Source: an uncultured Methanosarcinales archaeon (GTDB taxonomy: Archaea; Nanobdellota; Nanobdellia; Woesearchaeales; CAYZNE01). Taken from it: DNA of 44,421 nucleotides. Location: the NCBI GenBank assembly GCA_964405295.1, contig CAYONI010000001.1:62001-106421 (forward strand), read 5' to 3'. Position numbers and translations under genes: made by a program. The notes under the pieces were generated by a model. That model made no database searches. It saw only the letters and a list, made by a program, of their open reading frames with translations, and was not told the DNA's origin. Positions 9,692 through 19,625 of the stretch are shown piece by piece. Every line of letters begins with the position of its first letter. The first letter of the stretch is position 1.

Positions 9692-10081
9692 ATGATAAGA
9701 TATATAGTTTTCTTTTTTGCATCCGGATTTTTAGGATGGTGTATTGACTCTTTATATTGTTCTTTTATTGAAAAGAAGTGGGTGTCTAATACTCATACAA
9801 AATTCTTTTCACCTACTTACGCGATAGGAGGTTTGATTTTAATATTTATCTTTGAAAATTTAAAACTGCATTTTATACTACAATTAATTATTGCAACAAT
9901 CTTATTAACTTTATTAGAATTAGTTTCAGGAATATTTTCAGAAAAGGTAATGAAGAGAAGGTATTGGAATTATTCAGATAGTAAATGGAACTATAAAGGT
10001 TACATTGATGCTTTACACGCATTCTTTTGGTTGGTATTATCTATTATTGTTAAAATAATATTCTTATATTTGCCGATATAA
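9692..10081 (+). CDS. Four-helix membrane protein (putative ABC transporter type IV / DUF1113-like)
   Basis: FLGW, P.YAIGG, LELVSG, YWNYS..WNYKGYI motifs. Confidence 0.75.
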   Translation: MIRYIVFFFASGFLGWCIDSLYCSFIEKKWVSNTHTKFFSPTYAIGGLILIFIFENLKLHFILQLIIATILLTLLELVSGIFSEKVMKRRYWNYSDSKWNYKGYIDALHAFFWLVLSIIVKIIFLYLPI

Positions 10082-10099
10082 AAATATTAGATTAAGCTA

Positions 10100-10141
10100 A
10101 CTCGTGATAAACACAATATATTTTCTGGGAGTAGGGGTTAG
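10100..10141 (+). repeat. Direct repeat copy 2 (orphan copy of radical SAM gene 3' end)
   Basis: Encodes TRDKHNIFSGSRG* versus TRDKHNIFSGSRV* in copy 1. Confidence 0.9.
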
Positions 10142-10147
10142 AATAAA

Positions 10148-10849
10148 TTAAAACAAATTCAGCTTAAAATAATCAATCAATGAAACTCCTTTCTTATCTA
10201 TTTTAAGATTAATTTGCCAGTTTTCAAGTCCTCGTTTTGTGGCTTTTTTAACTACTTTTGCTATTTCTGTATTCGAGCTTTTAGGTGGTTGAAACCTCTC
10301 TGCCTTATACACAAAACATAGTAGTGCAATTGCTCTTTGACCTTTTTTTATTTGAAGTGAGATATCTTGAAAGTGTCTGCTCAACCTTTCAAATGAATTA
10401 AACTTAGTGTTTGGCTTTTTTTTGTTTCCAAAAGGAAGATGCATCAGTGGTGTTTTGACTTCTAGAAAGCAATTGTTGTTTACTAGAAAGTCAATCCTGG
10501 AAGTGTTTAATTTAACTTCTCTTTTTACTTCTTTGGCATCAATCATTTTGCTGAGAAGATTATTTTTCAGAAAGAATTCTATGTATTTATTTGCTTTTGT
10601 TTGATTTATGCCAACCCAGATTTTTGCTTTTGGTGAAATTGCTTCCACTGTATATTTGGTTTTTCTTGCTGGGTTTTTAGATTCTGAAAGTAGGCAGGGT
10701 ATGTCTTCAAATTCTATATTGCCAATTCTGCCTGTTGATGGGCAATGACATTTTTCTAGATTGCCATCAATTTCAACCATCATTATGAATCGATTGGGTC
10801 TTGACTTAATCAATCCCTGAATCAATTCTTCATCAAATAGATATTTCAT
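10148..10849 (-). CDS. sfsA: SfsA family nuclease
   Basis: RPNRF, HCPSTGR, RKTKYT, SRIDFL..FLEVK PD-(D/E)xK core. Confidence 0.88.
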   Translation of the reverse strand: MKYLFDEELIQGLIKSRPNRFIMMVEIDGNLEKCHCPSTGRIGNIEFEDIPCLLSESKNPARKTKYTVEAISPKAKIWVGINQTKANKYIEFFLKNNLLSKMIDAKEVKREVKLNTSRIDFLVNNNCFLEVKTPLMHLPFGNKKKPNTKFNSFERLSRHFQDISLQIKKGQRAIALLCFVYKAERFQPPKSSNTEIAKVVKKATKRGLENWQINLKIDKKGVSLIDYFKLNLF

Positions 10850-10935
10850 GTATCAACTGACCTGTAAGGTTATTAATAAGTTTTTGGTTCAGAATAATCC
10901 TAAAGCTTATATACTATTCTTGATTTCTCTGTTTT

Positions 10936-11523
10936 ATGATTGATGACAGATGGTATGAAGGGCCGACTCCAGAGGAATATAATTTTGGTTTTGATATTCG
11001 GATTGAAAATGAAGATATGAAGGGAAATCCTATTCTAGTTACTAAAAGAAATATTCCTAAATTAGTTTCATCGTTAAATGAGAAAGGTATTGAGATTGTT
11101 AAATCTTTATCTGCGCTTAGGATAATAAAGCGTGGAAATGAAACCATGGCCACTTTTAAGTATAAACATCTGCAAGGTAATGTTGTCGCTAGTTGTTACT
11201 TGGATTTAGGGTTTGGTATTTTTCTGTCTTTGATTAATAATTTCCAATCGAAAAATAATTGGTTATATGGCCCGCATATTAACGCAACTTTAGGCTATGA
11301 ACTTAATCATTCATCTATGGGCAAGGTAAAGCTTAGTAAAATTCCCGATTACTTAAGGGAGTCTTTTTCTGGTTTAGAAAAGCCGGTTCTCAAATCCTTA
11401 GACGAAGTTTTCCATGGGGAGATAAGTGAATCTTTCAAAAATCAGGTAGAGTTTCATGCACAAAAAAGTCTGATATATACAGATTGTAAAATGTTAGATA
11501 CTTGTTTAGATTTGTATGAATAA
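10936..11523 (+). CDS. Hypothetical protein
   Basis: 195 aa ORF with upstream CTTATATA box; no motif recognised. Confidence 0.65.
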   Translation: MIDDRWYEGPTPEEYNFGFDIRIENEDMKGNPILVTKRNIPKLVSSLNEKGIEIVKSLSALRIIKRGNETMATFKYKHLQGNVVASCYLDLGFGIFLSLINNFQSKNNWLYGPHINATLGYELNHSSMGKVKLSKIPDYLRESFSGLEKPVLKSLDEVFHGEISESFKNQVEFHAQKSLIYTDCKMLDTCLDLYE

Positions 11524-11539
11524 TAAAATAAAAAAAGAC

Positions 11540-12460
11540 CTACTTTTTCTTTTTCTTAGTTTTCTTAATCTCTTTCTCAAGATCAAGTTTATCAAGAAGT
11601 TCCTTGTATCTGTTTCTGATTGTAACTTCTGTGACTCCTGCAATATCTGCGACTTCTCTTTGAGTTCTCTTTTCACCATTGATTAGAGCTGCAACATATA
11701 GTGCTGCTGCTGCAATTCCTGTTGGACCTCTTCCAGAAGTTAACTCAACTTTTTGAGCTTGCTCAATTATTTCCACAGATTTTGACTGAGATTCAGCGCT
11801 TAATCTTAGAGCAGATGCAAATCTTGCAATGTAATCTGCAGGATTTGAAGGTAAGATAGTAATACATAGTTCTCTTGTTATGAACCTGTAAGTTCTTCCA
11901 ATTTCTTTTCTTTCGATTCCAGAAGCTTCAGATAGTTCATCAAGTGTTCTTGGTAGCTCGAATCGTCTGCATGCAGCGTATAAAGCTCCTGCAACCACTG
12001 ATTCCATGCTTCTACCCCTTACAAGGCCTTTTTGCACAGCCATAGTGTAGATCTTTGATGCTTCTTCTTCTACTGATCCTGATAATTTCAAGAATGAAGA
12101 TACTCTTTTAAGTTCAGATAGGGCTAATTTAAGATTTCTTTCAATTGCAGTTGAGATTCTTTGTTGCCATTTTCTCAATCTCATGAATTTGTTCTTATTT
12201 CTGCCTTTTAATTGATAAATATCAGATTTATGACCAATGTCTGTTCCAAGACCTCTATCATACTGAGTATAGGTCATAGGAGCTCCAGATCTTCGTTTCC
12301 TAGCTGATTCATCAGCATCGAAGCTTCTCCATTCTTGGTCAAAGTCGATCATTTTTTCTTCTACAACTAGACCGCAGTCTTTGCAAATGATCTCTCCTTT
12401 TTCTTTATTCCAGAATAAATTTATTCCCCCACATTCGGGACATTTCTTTACAAAAGCCAT
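11540..12460 (-). CDS. tfb: Transcription initiation factor IIB
   Basis: CPECG..CKDCG Zn ribbon, EWRSF B-reader, two cyclin repeats, TEVTIRNRYKEL. Confidence 0.97.
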   Translation of the reverse strand: MAFVKKCPECGGINLFWNKEKGEIICKDCGLVVEEKMIDFDQEWRSFDADESARKRRSGAPMTYTQYDRGLGTDIGHKSDIYQLKGRNKNKFMRLRKWQQRISTAIERNLKLALSELKRVSSFLKLSGSVEEEASKIYTMAVQKGLVRGRSMESVVAGALYAACRRFELPRTLDELSEASGIERKEIGRTYRFITRELCITILPSNPADYIARFASALRLSAESQSKSVEIIEQAQKVELTSGRGPTGIAAAALYVAALINGEKRTQREVADIAGVTEVTIRNRYKELLDKLDLEKEIKKTKKKKK

Positions 12461-12707
12461 ATTTTTCTCCCCCTATAAATATAATATATGCTAAATGATA
12501 ATAAAGTTTATAAAAAGAAAAACAGAATAATTTATAAACTTTTCGGTCACTGTTGTTACGTTGCCGTTAATTCCTTTATAATCTCTGTTGTTTAATAATA
12601 TATATTTAGTAGTTTATCCTCTAACCTGGCGACAAGTAAAACTTATAAATAAGTAAGCTTTTTAGTAGTATGTAGTTTTCATAGTTAAGGGGTAGAGGGA
12701 GGAAAAA

Positions 12708-13148
12708 ATGATACTAATACAATATTTAATCATTATATTTGCAGCATTTCTAATCGCTAGAACACTTGTTAGTTTCCAAAACAATAAGTTAGATCTTAAA
12801 AAAACTATTTTTTGGACAATTATCTGGATAATTTTGCTAATTATTGGTATTTTACCAGAAGTAATGGGTGTTCCTGCAGCAATTCTAGGTATTGGCAGGA
12901 GTGTTGATGTGTTTGTATATGTCGGTATAATCGTGTTATTCTATATGGTGTTTTTATTATACAATAAAACTGAGAATCAAAGAGAAAGAATAACTAGACT
13001 AACAAGAATGATTGCAATACAGCAAGCAGAAACTGAAGCTTTAATGATTGAAAGGGCAGATAAAAAGATTAAAAAAATAACTTCAAAAAAAGTTAAGAAA
13101 AAAACTGTTAAGAAAGCAAAAAAAGCTATATCTAGAAAAAAGAAATAG
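12708..13148 (+). CDS. DUF2304 family membrane protein
   Basis: Three hydrophobic helices, LGIGRSVD, ITRLTRMIAI. Confidence 0.8.
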   Translation: MILIQYLIIIFAAFLIARTLVSFQNNKLDLKKTIFWTIIWIILLIIGILPEVMGVPAAILGIGRSVDVFVYVGIIVLFYMVFLLYNKTENQRERITRLTRMIAIQQAETEALMIERADKKIKKITSKKVKKKTVKKAKKAISRKKK

Positions 13149-13161
13149 ATTTTTTTCAGTG

Positions 13162-13183
13162 CCAATAACTAAATAGTTATTGG
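13162..13183. promoter_or_regulatory. Inverted repeat between DUF2304 gene and nucS (terminator or operator)
   Basis: CCAATAACTA-AA-TAGTTATTGG with perfect 10-bp arms, followed by T-rich tract. Confidence 0.45.
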
Positions 13184-13202
13184 ACATTTATTTTTTTATA
13201 AA

Positions 13203-13961
13203 ATGTTAACAAAAGAAGAGAGCGCAGAATTTAAGGATTCTATAGGTAATGCATTAAAAAGAAAAGAAACAATTGTTTTGTTGGCTTATTCTTCAATAAG
13301 TTATAGTGGTAGGGCAGAAGCTACATTGGATTATGGAGACAGGATAATAATTATTAAACCTGATAAAACTTTTCTTGTTCACCAGCCAACAGGAAGTAAT
13401 GCAGTTATTTATATGAAGCCAGGATCCCAAATTGAGATATCTGAAGAAGATGGTGAACTTATACTTCAATCTTCAAATATGACCCTTCATGAGCTTGTCG
13501 AAGTTAGAATAAAGAAAATAATAAATATTTCTTCTGCAAGCCTCACTGATTCTGAAAAAGTTCAATTATTTGGAACAGAAAAAGATATGTCTGATTATAT
13601 TTATGATAACCCTGAAATTATTAGCAAAGATTTTAAACCTGTTTCAAGAGAAGAACAAACAAAACATGGGTATATTGACGTTTTTGGGCATGACAAAAAA
13701 GATAATCTTGTAGTTATTGAGTGTAAGAGAGTGAAAGCAGGACCTGGTGCACCTCAACAATTGAGAAGATACATTGAAAGACTTTCAAAAAGTAAAGGTA
13801 TACCTTCAAATAGAATAAAGGGTATTGTTGCTGCACCAAATATTACAAAGAATGCAGAGCATATGTTACAAGAGTTAGGATATGAATTTAAAAAGATCGA
13901 TCCGCCTGCATATCTTAAAAGAAAGAAAGAAAGTCAGCATAGATTAGATAAGTTTTGCTAA
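13203..13961 (+). CDS. nucS: Mismatch endonuclease NucS/EndoMS
   Basis: YSGRA, IIKPD..LVH, EKDM, GYID..VIECKR, QLRRY. Confidence 0.92.
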   Translation: MLTKEESAEFKDSIGNALKRKETIVLLAYSSISYSGRAEATLDYGDRIIIIKPDKTFLVHQPTGSNAVIYMKPGSQIEISEEDGELILQSSNMTLHELVEVRIKKIINISSASLTDSEKVQLFGTEKDMSDYIYDNPEIISKDFKPVSREEQTKHGYIDVFGHDKKDNLVVIECKRVKAGPGAPQQLRRYIERLSKSKGIPSNRIKGIVAAPNITKNAEHMLQELGYEFKKIDPPAYLKRKKESQHRLDKFC

Positions 13962-14659
13962 GTTTCTATTATGCCTAATAGTTCGTAAACTAACCTATCT
14001 GCAAGTTTTCTAAAGTCTTCTGGTTCTTGTGCATTAACATGAATACAGTTGAAATCTGTTCCTTCAACAAATTCCATACTTGTTTTATTGCTATTTTTAA
14101 ATCTCATAACAACAAAGGAATCAGAGGTTATGCCGCAGTTTGTTATAAATATGCTTTCATCTCGAGTTTCATTTTGTAAGAATTTTGTAAGATTAAAATT
14201 ATCATCATATAGCCCTCCATTAATAGGGACTTTAATATAATCTATTCCATGAAGTCTTGAGATTTGTGCGGTTGCAATAACCCCAATTGGATCAATGTCT
14301 CCATCAACAGCAACAATAAGATGATCTTCCTTATCTAGAGCAAATATTCTTTGTTTTATTCTTGGATCAACACTAAGGTTAAGAACGTCTATTGGGTGAT
14401 GGTTGAGTTGTATCTGCATAACTTGGCCATTAATTTTTACGAATGTGTTCCACATATTCATTTCATCTTTAAAGAATTCATAATTATTATAGGAATAATC
14501 TTCAGGTTCTGGAGAATTTTTAGTAGATAATATAATCAAGGCAAAGATGATAATTATAACTATAGCTGAAATAATAACAATATTTTTCTTTTTACTAGAA
14601 GTATTAACGTTTTCAGTATCCTTTACAATTTCTTCGTTTACTTTAATTTCTTCATCCAT
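13958..14659 (-). CDS. Membrane-anchored hypothetical protein
   Basis: N-terminal TM; C-terminal CI...ADRLVY..LGII; paralog of upstream gene. Confidence 0.75.
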   Translation of the reverse strand: MDEEIKVNEEIVKDTENVNTSSKKKNIVIISAIVIIIIFALIILSTKNSPEPEDYSYNNYEFFKDEMNMWNTFVKINGQVMQIQLNHHPIDVLNLSVDPRIKQRIFALDKEDHLIVAVDGDIDPIGVIATAQISRLHGIDYIKVPINGGLYDDNFNLTKFLQNETRDESIFITNCGITSDSFVVMRFKNSNKTSMEFVEGTDFNCIHVNAQEPEDFRKLADRLVYELLGIIET

Positions 14660-14669
14660 CTTTAGTTCT

Positions 14670-15254
14670 CTATTGAATAACTCCTGTATAACAATACATT
14701 AATCTATCTTTTAACATCAGAAATCCCATTTGTCTTGATTCTGCAATAAGGCAGTTTCCATCAACACTAATTGAAGTATTTACTCCTTCTTTTAGAAAAA
14801 TTATTGGTAAAATTGATGTTGATTCATTACAACTTGATACTTCATAGACTGAATACTTCATAGACTCTTCTGTAATAAACGAAATTAATGGTTGTGCTAT
14901 TGTGTTTTGAAGATCGCTTCTAATAAAATCTGTATAAGTCAAGCTTTCTGATTCTGGTTCAAACAAAAACCCTATTGCGCTTGATGATTGTAAATTACTA
15001 CAAAAAGTCGGGTCTATATAGAATTGTTCAACCTCCTGAGGTAAGTAGTTAAAATTTAAGGTTTGTCCATTGATTTTTGAGACAAATCCATTTCCAACAT
15101 CCTCAAATTTAAAATCATTATATTTTGTTATACTTTGATCTTGGTTAAGCATTATTCCTAACATAGATGCAATCATAATTAAACTTAGAAATACCCCCAT
15201 AATTATTTGGTTTCTTTTTTCTTTCTTTTTTTTCTTTTGATTATAACTTGCCAT
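14670..15254 (-). CDS. Membrane-anchored hypothetical protein
   Basis: N-terminal TM; C-terminal CL...KDRLMY..TGVI. Confidence 0.75.
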   Translation of the reverse strand: MASYNQKKKKKEKRNQIIMGVFLSLIMIASMLGIMLNQDQSITKYNDFKFEDVGNGFVSKINGQTLNFNYLPQEVEQFYIDPTFCSNLQSSSAIGFLFEPESESLTYTDFIRSDLQNTIAQPLISFITEESMKYSVYEVSSCNESTSILPIIFLKEGVNTSISVDGNCLIAESRQMGFLMLKDRLMYCYTGVIQ

Positions 15255-15311
15255 TTTATAGTTTAGAAAAGCCAGAAGTTTTTATAGTTTGTGGTATTTC
15301 CTGCATGGAAA

Positions 15312-17285
15312 TTAATCTTGAGGCACTAGATCCAGTTTAATATCTGCATATAGTTCCCGAATTGCATTAAAAGCTAATTCTTCATCTTCTTTAGAAAGAT
15401 TTAGGCGGTAATATGTTGCTCTAACTCCTTGATACGCTTTTTTAGCTTCTTTAACTCTTCCTGCATTAATCAATTTTCTACAACCATCTATTAAATTATA
15501 TAATAGTGAAATATCTTCATTTGTAGGAGTTACCTTTATTCTCTTTTGTTGAGGATTTGCAAGTTTTTTAAGTTCTTCATCTATATAGCCTTGGAATCCT
15601 TCTTTTTCTAGTTCGACTTTTCTATTCTCTAGCGCTAGTTGTCTCTGTTTTATATCAAGAAGAAGATTGTTTTTTTTATCAAGATTTTTGGATAATTTTA
15701 AGTCTAAATCTTTTGATTCTATAAGTTTCTTGCTAAGTTGTGTAAGTGTTTCTCTGATTCTATTTTCTTTTTCAAGCAAACTTAATTCTTGTTCTTTTAA
15801 TTCTCTTTGTAAACTATATACCTTTTCTTCTTCAATTCGAAGTTCTTGTAACTTACTATGATATAGGGTGTCTGCTTCTTTTTGTTCTCTTGCGAATTGT
15901 TCTCTATCAAGTTTTAATCTATCTAGTCTTATTTGGTATTCTCTCTCAAGTTCTTTCTTTCTATGCAAGAAATCTTCATTAAGTTTTCTTTGATTTTTTT
16001 CTGTTTCACTTAATATTTCATTTCTAAGATTATTTAACGAACCTGATTCTGATTTTATTAATTCAATATAATCTTTCTTCTGCTGTTCAAGATGTAGTTC
16101 TTTTTCTTTTTCTGTTTCAAGGTCAAGTCCTACTTTCTCAAATTTATTGTTAATTTCAAGATCTTTTGTTTGTAATTCTTTAAGCTTTTCTTGTAGCTCT
16201 ATTCTTAGTTTTCCAAGTGATGCTCTTTCTTTATCTAATTCTTTTCTTTCTTCATTACTAACTGTTAAATCTTTTAATGATTCTTGGTGTTCTTTTAGAA
16301 TTTCTTTTTCTTTTAATTTGATTAATTCTCGAATCTCTTTCTTCTCAAGTGTTACAAGCATTGATAAAAAAGTTTCGATACTTTTGCATTTCCTTATTAT
16401 TCTAGCTAATTCTGGTTCATTGAATATTTTTTTAACCCAATTAGCAAAGTCATTTTTTCTTCCATATACGTGTTTATTGAATATGTTATCGCTCATGTTT
16501 TCTAACGAGTTTCTTAAGTCTCTAAGTGATTTTAATTTTCGGCCATCTGACAACATGAAACTATTCTCTTCAGAAACTTCTGAGTCCATGGTTATGCCAA
16601 TTTTTATGTGTTCGATTAATTCTGTTGGAGTTCCATTAACTTTTTCTCCCAGTTTTTCTTCAAGATTTAGATTAGTAATAATGTCTCCCTCGTCTTTTAT
16701 TTCGTTAGAAAGCGAGTTTGTAAAAGATTCAATCTTTAGTTTTTTATCAGATTGATTTTTTATTATACCTATTGCTTCACGCAACTTGTTAATGTTAAAA
16801 GAATCATCTTTCTCTTCTTCTGCTTTTGAGTTAAATGAGACTTCTTCAATACTTTTCAAAGAACTGTGTTTTGTTTCTTTAGGTGATGGGATAGATTTAG
16901 GTTTATTTACTTTAGGAAGAGAATTTATTTGTAAATCCTTGTCAATTTGGTTTATGTGATCTAAAGCATGTGGTTCATTTTTTGGTATGTTGAAGTGTTC
17001 TTCTTCAATTCTATCTAGAAGTGCTTTGTTTTTTTGTTTTTGTGGAATCAATAAATTATTTTTTTTATTAAATTCTGGTTGATTTATGGGGATTTCAGAA
17101 AGTATTTTTTTACTTTCTTTAACTTTTTCTGCTTTATTCAGTTTGTTTGAATGACCAAAAGATTTGTCTTTTGCTTTTTTAGCGAATAATTTACCAAGAA
17201 AACTTTTTTTGTGTTCTTTTCTAGAAGCTAAATTAACATTATTTCCTGTATTTGGTGCGCTTGGAGCAACTAAACTATCTCTCAT
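15312..17285 (-). CDS. Large coiled-coil protein with DUF5752-like domain
   Basis: FMLSDGRKLKSL..FNKHV..KNDFANWV domain, ~250 aa coiled coil, C-terminal helical hairpin; SD GAGGGGG. Confidence 0.75.
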   Translation of the reverse strand: MRDSLVAPSAPNTGNNVNLASRKEHKKSFLGKLFAKKAKDKSFGHSNKLNKAEKVKESKKILSEIPINQPEFNKKNNLLIPQKQKNKALLDRIEEEHFNIPKNEPHALDHINQIDKDLQINSLPKVNKPKSIPSPKETKHSSLKSIEEVSFNSKAEEEKDDSFNINKLREAIGIIKNQSDKKLKIESFTNSLSNEIKDEGDIITNLNLEEKLGEKVNGTPTELIEHIKIGITMDSEVSEENSFMLSDGRKLKSLRDLRNSLENMSDNIFNKHVYGRKNDFANWVKKIFNEPELARIIRKCKSIETFLSMLVTLEKKEIRELIKLKEKEILKEHQESLKDLTVSNEERKELDKERASLGKLRIELQEKLKELQTKDLEINNKFEKVGLDLETEKEKELHLEQQKKDYIELIKSESGSLNNLRNEILSETEKNQRKLNEDFLHRKKELEREYQIRLDRLKLDREQFAREQKEADTLYHSKLQELRIEEEKVYSLQRELKEQELSLLEKENRIRETLTQLSKKLIESKDLDLKLSKNLDKKNNLLLDIKQRQLALENRKVELEKEGFQGYIDEELKKLANPQQKRIKVTPTNEDISLLYNLIDGCRKLINAGRVKEAKKAYQGVRATYYRLNLSKEDEELAFNAIRELYADIKLDLVPQD

Positions 17286-17579
17286 TAACTTCTCCCCCTC
17301 TTTTTAAAAACCAATAAACCGGTTAATATTGTAAATATTTTGTTTTATGCTTTTTAAATGTTTTTGTTATTTGCAAGGGTGTTCGCGAATATTTTAACTT
17401 TAAAGTTATGTGCGAACATTCTTGCAACATACAATAATCATAAATTATTATGCATTCAGCTTTGCTGAGTATTTCAAAAATATATAAAATTGTTTTACAA
17501 TTTTTGTTAATTAGCTTGTTTTGTCCCACTGTACAGCTTATAGCAACATTTATAATATCTTTATAGCTAATCCTTATTG

Positions 17580-19625
17580 ATGAAGATAAACAAGATAATT
17601 CTTGAGAATATAAGATCTTATAAGAAAGAAGAAGTTGTTTTTGATAGTGGAATAACTCTTCTAAGTGGAGATATCGGCTCTGGTAAAACTACCACTCTAA
17701 TTGCAATAGAATTTGCACTCTTTGGCCTTATAAAAGGAAAGGTGAGTAGTGATTCCCTTCTAAGGCACGGTTCTAATCATGGAAGTGTTTTGGTTGATTT
17801 TAATCTAAATAACAAAAATATTATTATCAAACGATCGCTTGTTAAGTCAGGAACAACTATTAAGCAAGAGCCAGGAACTTTAGTTGTTGATGGTGTTGAG
17901 GAAACGTTAACACCTCAAGAACTTAGAGCAAGACTTGTTGAGTTGTTGGGTTATCCTTCTGAGTTTGTCAGTAAAAGCCCTGCAATTATTTATCGTTATA
18001 CGGTTTATACTCCTCAAGAAGATATGAAACTAATTCTTTTTGAGAGTTCTGATTCTAGATTGGAAACTATCAGAAAAATATTTGATATTGATAAATATAA
18101 AATTATAAGAAATAATGTTTCAACTTATTTGAAAGAATTAAATGCAAGGATTAGAGAGGGCAAAGCAAAAACTGCAGATGTAGATAAGCTTCATCTAAGA
18201 ATTGAAGAGATAGAAAAAGAAAAGGTTTTACTTTCTGGAAAGATTGAGGATTTATCAAAAAAGATAACTGCTAAAGATGGTGAAGTGAGAGTTTTAAATT
18301 CTGAGATAAATAAGTTAGATGAAAAAATTCTAGAACAACATACTTTAAGGCAGAAAATTGTTATATGCAACACAAAGATTTCTTCTTTTAATTCACAAAA
18401 AATTTCTATTCTTAAACAAATAAGTGATATTGAAGAAAAAATAAAACAAAAGCCAAATCTTGACATCCCTGATATTGAAGTTTTAACTAAGAGATTAACT
18501 AGTTTTGAGGAAAGTAAAAAAGAGATTTCTGATAAAAAGCAGGATTATCTAAATAAAAAAGCAGTTCTTGATTCAAGGTTAAAAGAGACAACCAATATGG
18601 TTGATAAGATTTCTGCACTTGGGACATGCCCTACTTGTAAACAAGAAGTTCTTGAAGAGCACAAGGTTTCAATTAAGGATCAAGAAAAAGAAAAGATTGA
18701 CAACATACAAGACAAATTAGATAAGCTCTCCTTAATTATTCCCAGGTTTGATGAAAAAATTGGTGTTGCAAATATTAAAATCAAAGAGTTTCAAGAGTCT
18801 ATTAACCAAGCAAAGATGGACAAATTAAAGATTGCAACTTATAGCGAGCGTTTAAGCATGAGAACTGATTTTGAGTCAACCATAGAGAAAATTAATGATG
18901 ATCTTATTGTAGAAAAAGAGAGGCTTGTAAAATTTTCTGCGAAACAGGATATAAATCTGACAAAGGTTCATGATGAGAAAAAGAAACTTTTCAAAGAAAA
19001 GCAAAATGAGCTTAAGAACTTAGAGATTAATGCAGCATCTAATAAAAAAGAGTTTGAGATGAAGCAAGAATTAATTGTTTCTGTAAAAAATGATCTTGAT
19101 GAGAAAAAACTCATACTTGAGAAGATTGTTAAGCAAGCGACTCTGAGAAATTGGTTAGATGCTTTTTTCCTGAAGCTTATGCAAACAATGGAGAGATATG
19201 TTCTAAATAGTATCCTAAAAGAATTTAATGAATATTTTAAAGAGTGGTTTGGAATGTTAATTGAAGATGAGAATCTTTCTGTAAGATTAGATGATTCGTT
19301 CACTCCAATTATTGAGCAAAATGGTTATGAGAATCTTGTTCAGAATCTTTCTGGTGGTGAAAAAACAAGTGTTGCTCTTGCATACAGACTGGCATTGAAT
19401 AAAGTTATTAATGATTTTGTTTCAACAATTAGAACTAAGGGCTTGCTTATTCTTGATGAGCCCACTGATGGTTTTTCTTCTAATCAACTCGATAAGCTTA
19501 GGGATGTTTTAATGCAGATAAAGTCTGAACAGATAATAATTGTTAGTCATGAGAGTAAGTTGGAAAGTTATGCTGATAAATTAATTAAAATTTCAAAAGA
19601 GCATCATGTCAGTTGTGTTAATTAA
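17580..19625 (+). CDS. rad50: Rad50 (SMC-family ATPase with Zn hook)
   Basis: LENIRSY, GDIGSGKTT, Q-loop, CPTC hook, LSGGE, LILDEPT, VSHE. Confidence 0.88.
   Translation: MKINKIILENIRSYKKEEVVFDSGITLLSGDIGSGKTTTLIAIEFALFGLIKGKVSSDSLLRHGSNHGSVLVDFNLNNKNIIIKRSLVKSGTTIKQEPGTLVVDGVEETLTPQELRARLVELLGYPSEFVSKSPAIIYRYTVYTPQEDMKLILFESSDSRLETIRKIFDIDKYKIIRNNVSTYLKELNARIREGKAKTADVDKLHLRIEEIEKEKVLLSGKIEDLSKKITAKDGEVRVLNSEINKLDEKILEQHTLRQKIVICNTKISSFNSQKISILKQISDIEEKIKQKPNLDIPDIEVLTKRLTSFEESKKEISDKKQDYLNKKAVLDSRLKETTNMVDKISALGTCPTCKQEVLEEHKVSIKDQEKEKIDNIQDKLDKLSLIIPRFDEKIGVANIKIKEFQESINQAKMDKLKIATYSERLSMRTDFESTIEKINDDLIVEKERLVKFSAKQDINLTKVHDEKKKLFKEKQNELKNLEINAASNKKEFEMKQELIVSVKNDLDEKKLILEKIVKQATLRNWLDAFFLKLMQTMERYVLNSILKEFNEYFKEWFGMLIEDENLSVRLDDSFTPIIEQNGYENLVQNLSGGEKTSVALAYRLALNKVINDFVSTIRTKGLLILDEPTDGFSSNQLDKLRDVLMQIKSEQIIIVSHESKLESYADKLIKISKEHHVSCVN

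Noticed and set aside
16147..16755. 202-aa plus-strand ORF and similar Ser/Phe/Leu-rich ORFs (674-1039, 3234-3494, 18968-19303 and others)
   Set aside because: Antisense shadows of Lys/Glu-rich real genes
17323..17529. 68-aa minus-strand ORF in the divergent gap
   Set aside because: GTG start, atypical composition, overlaps promoter elements and the inverted repeat
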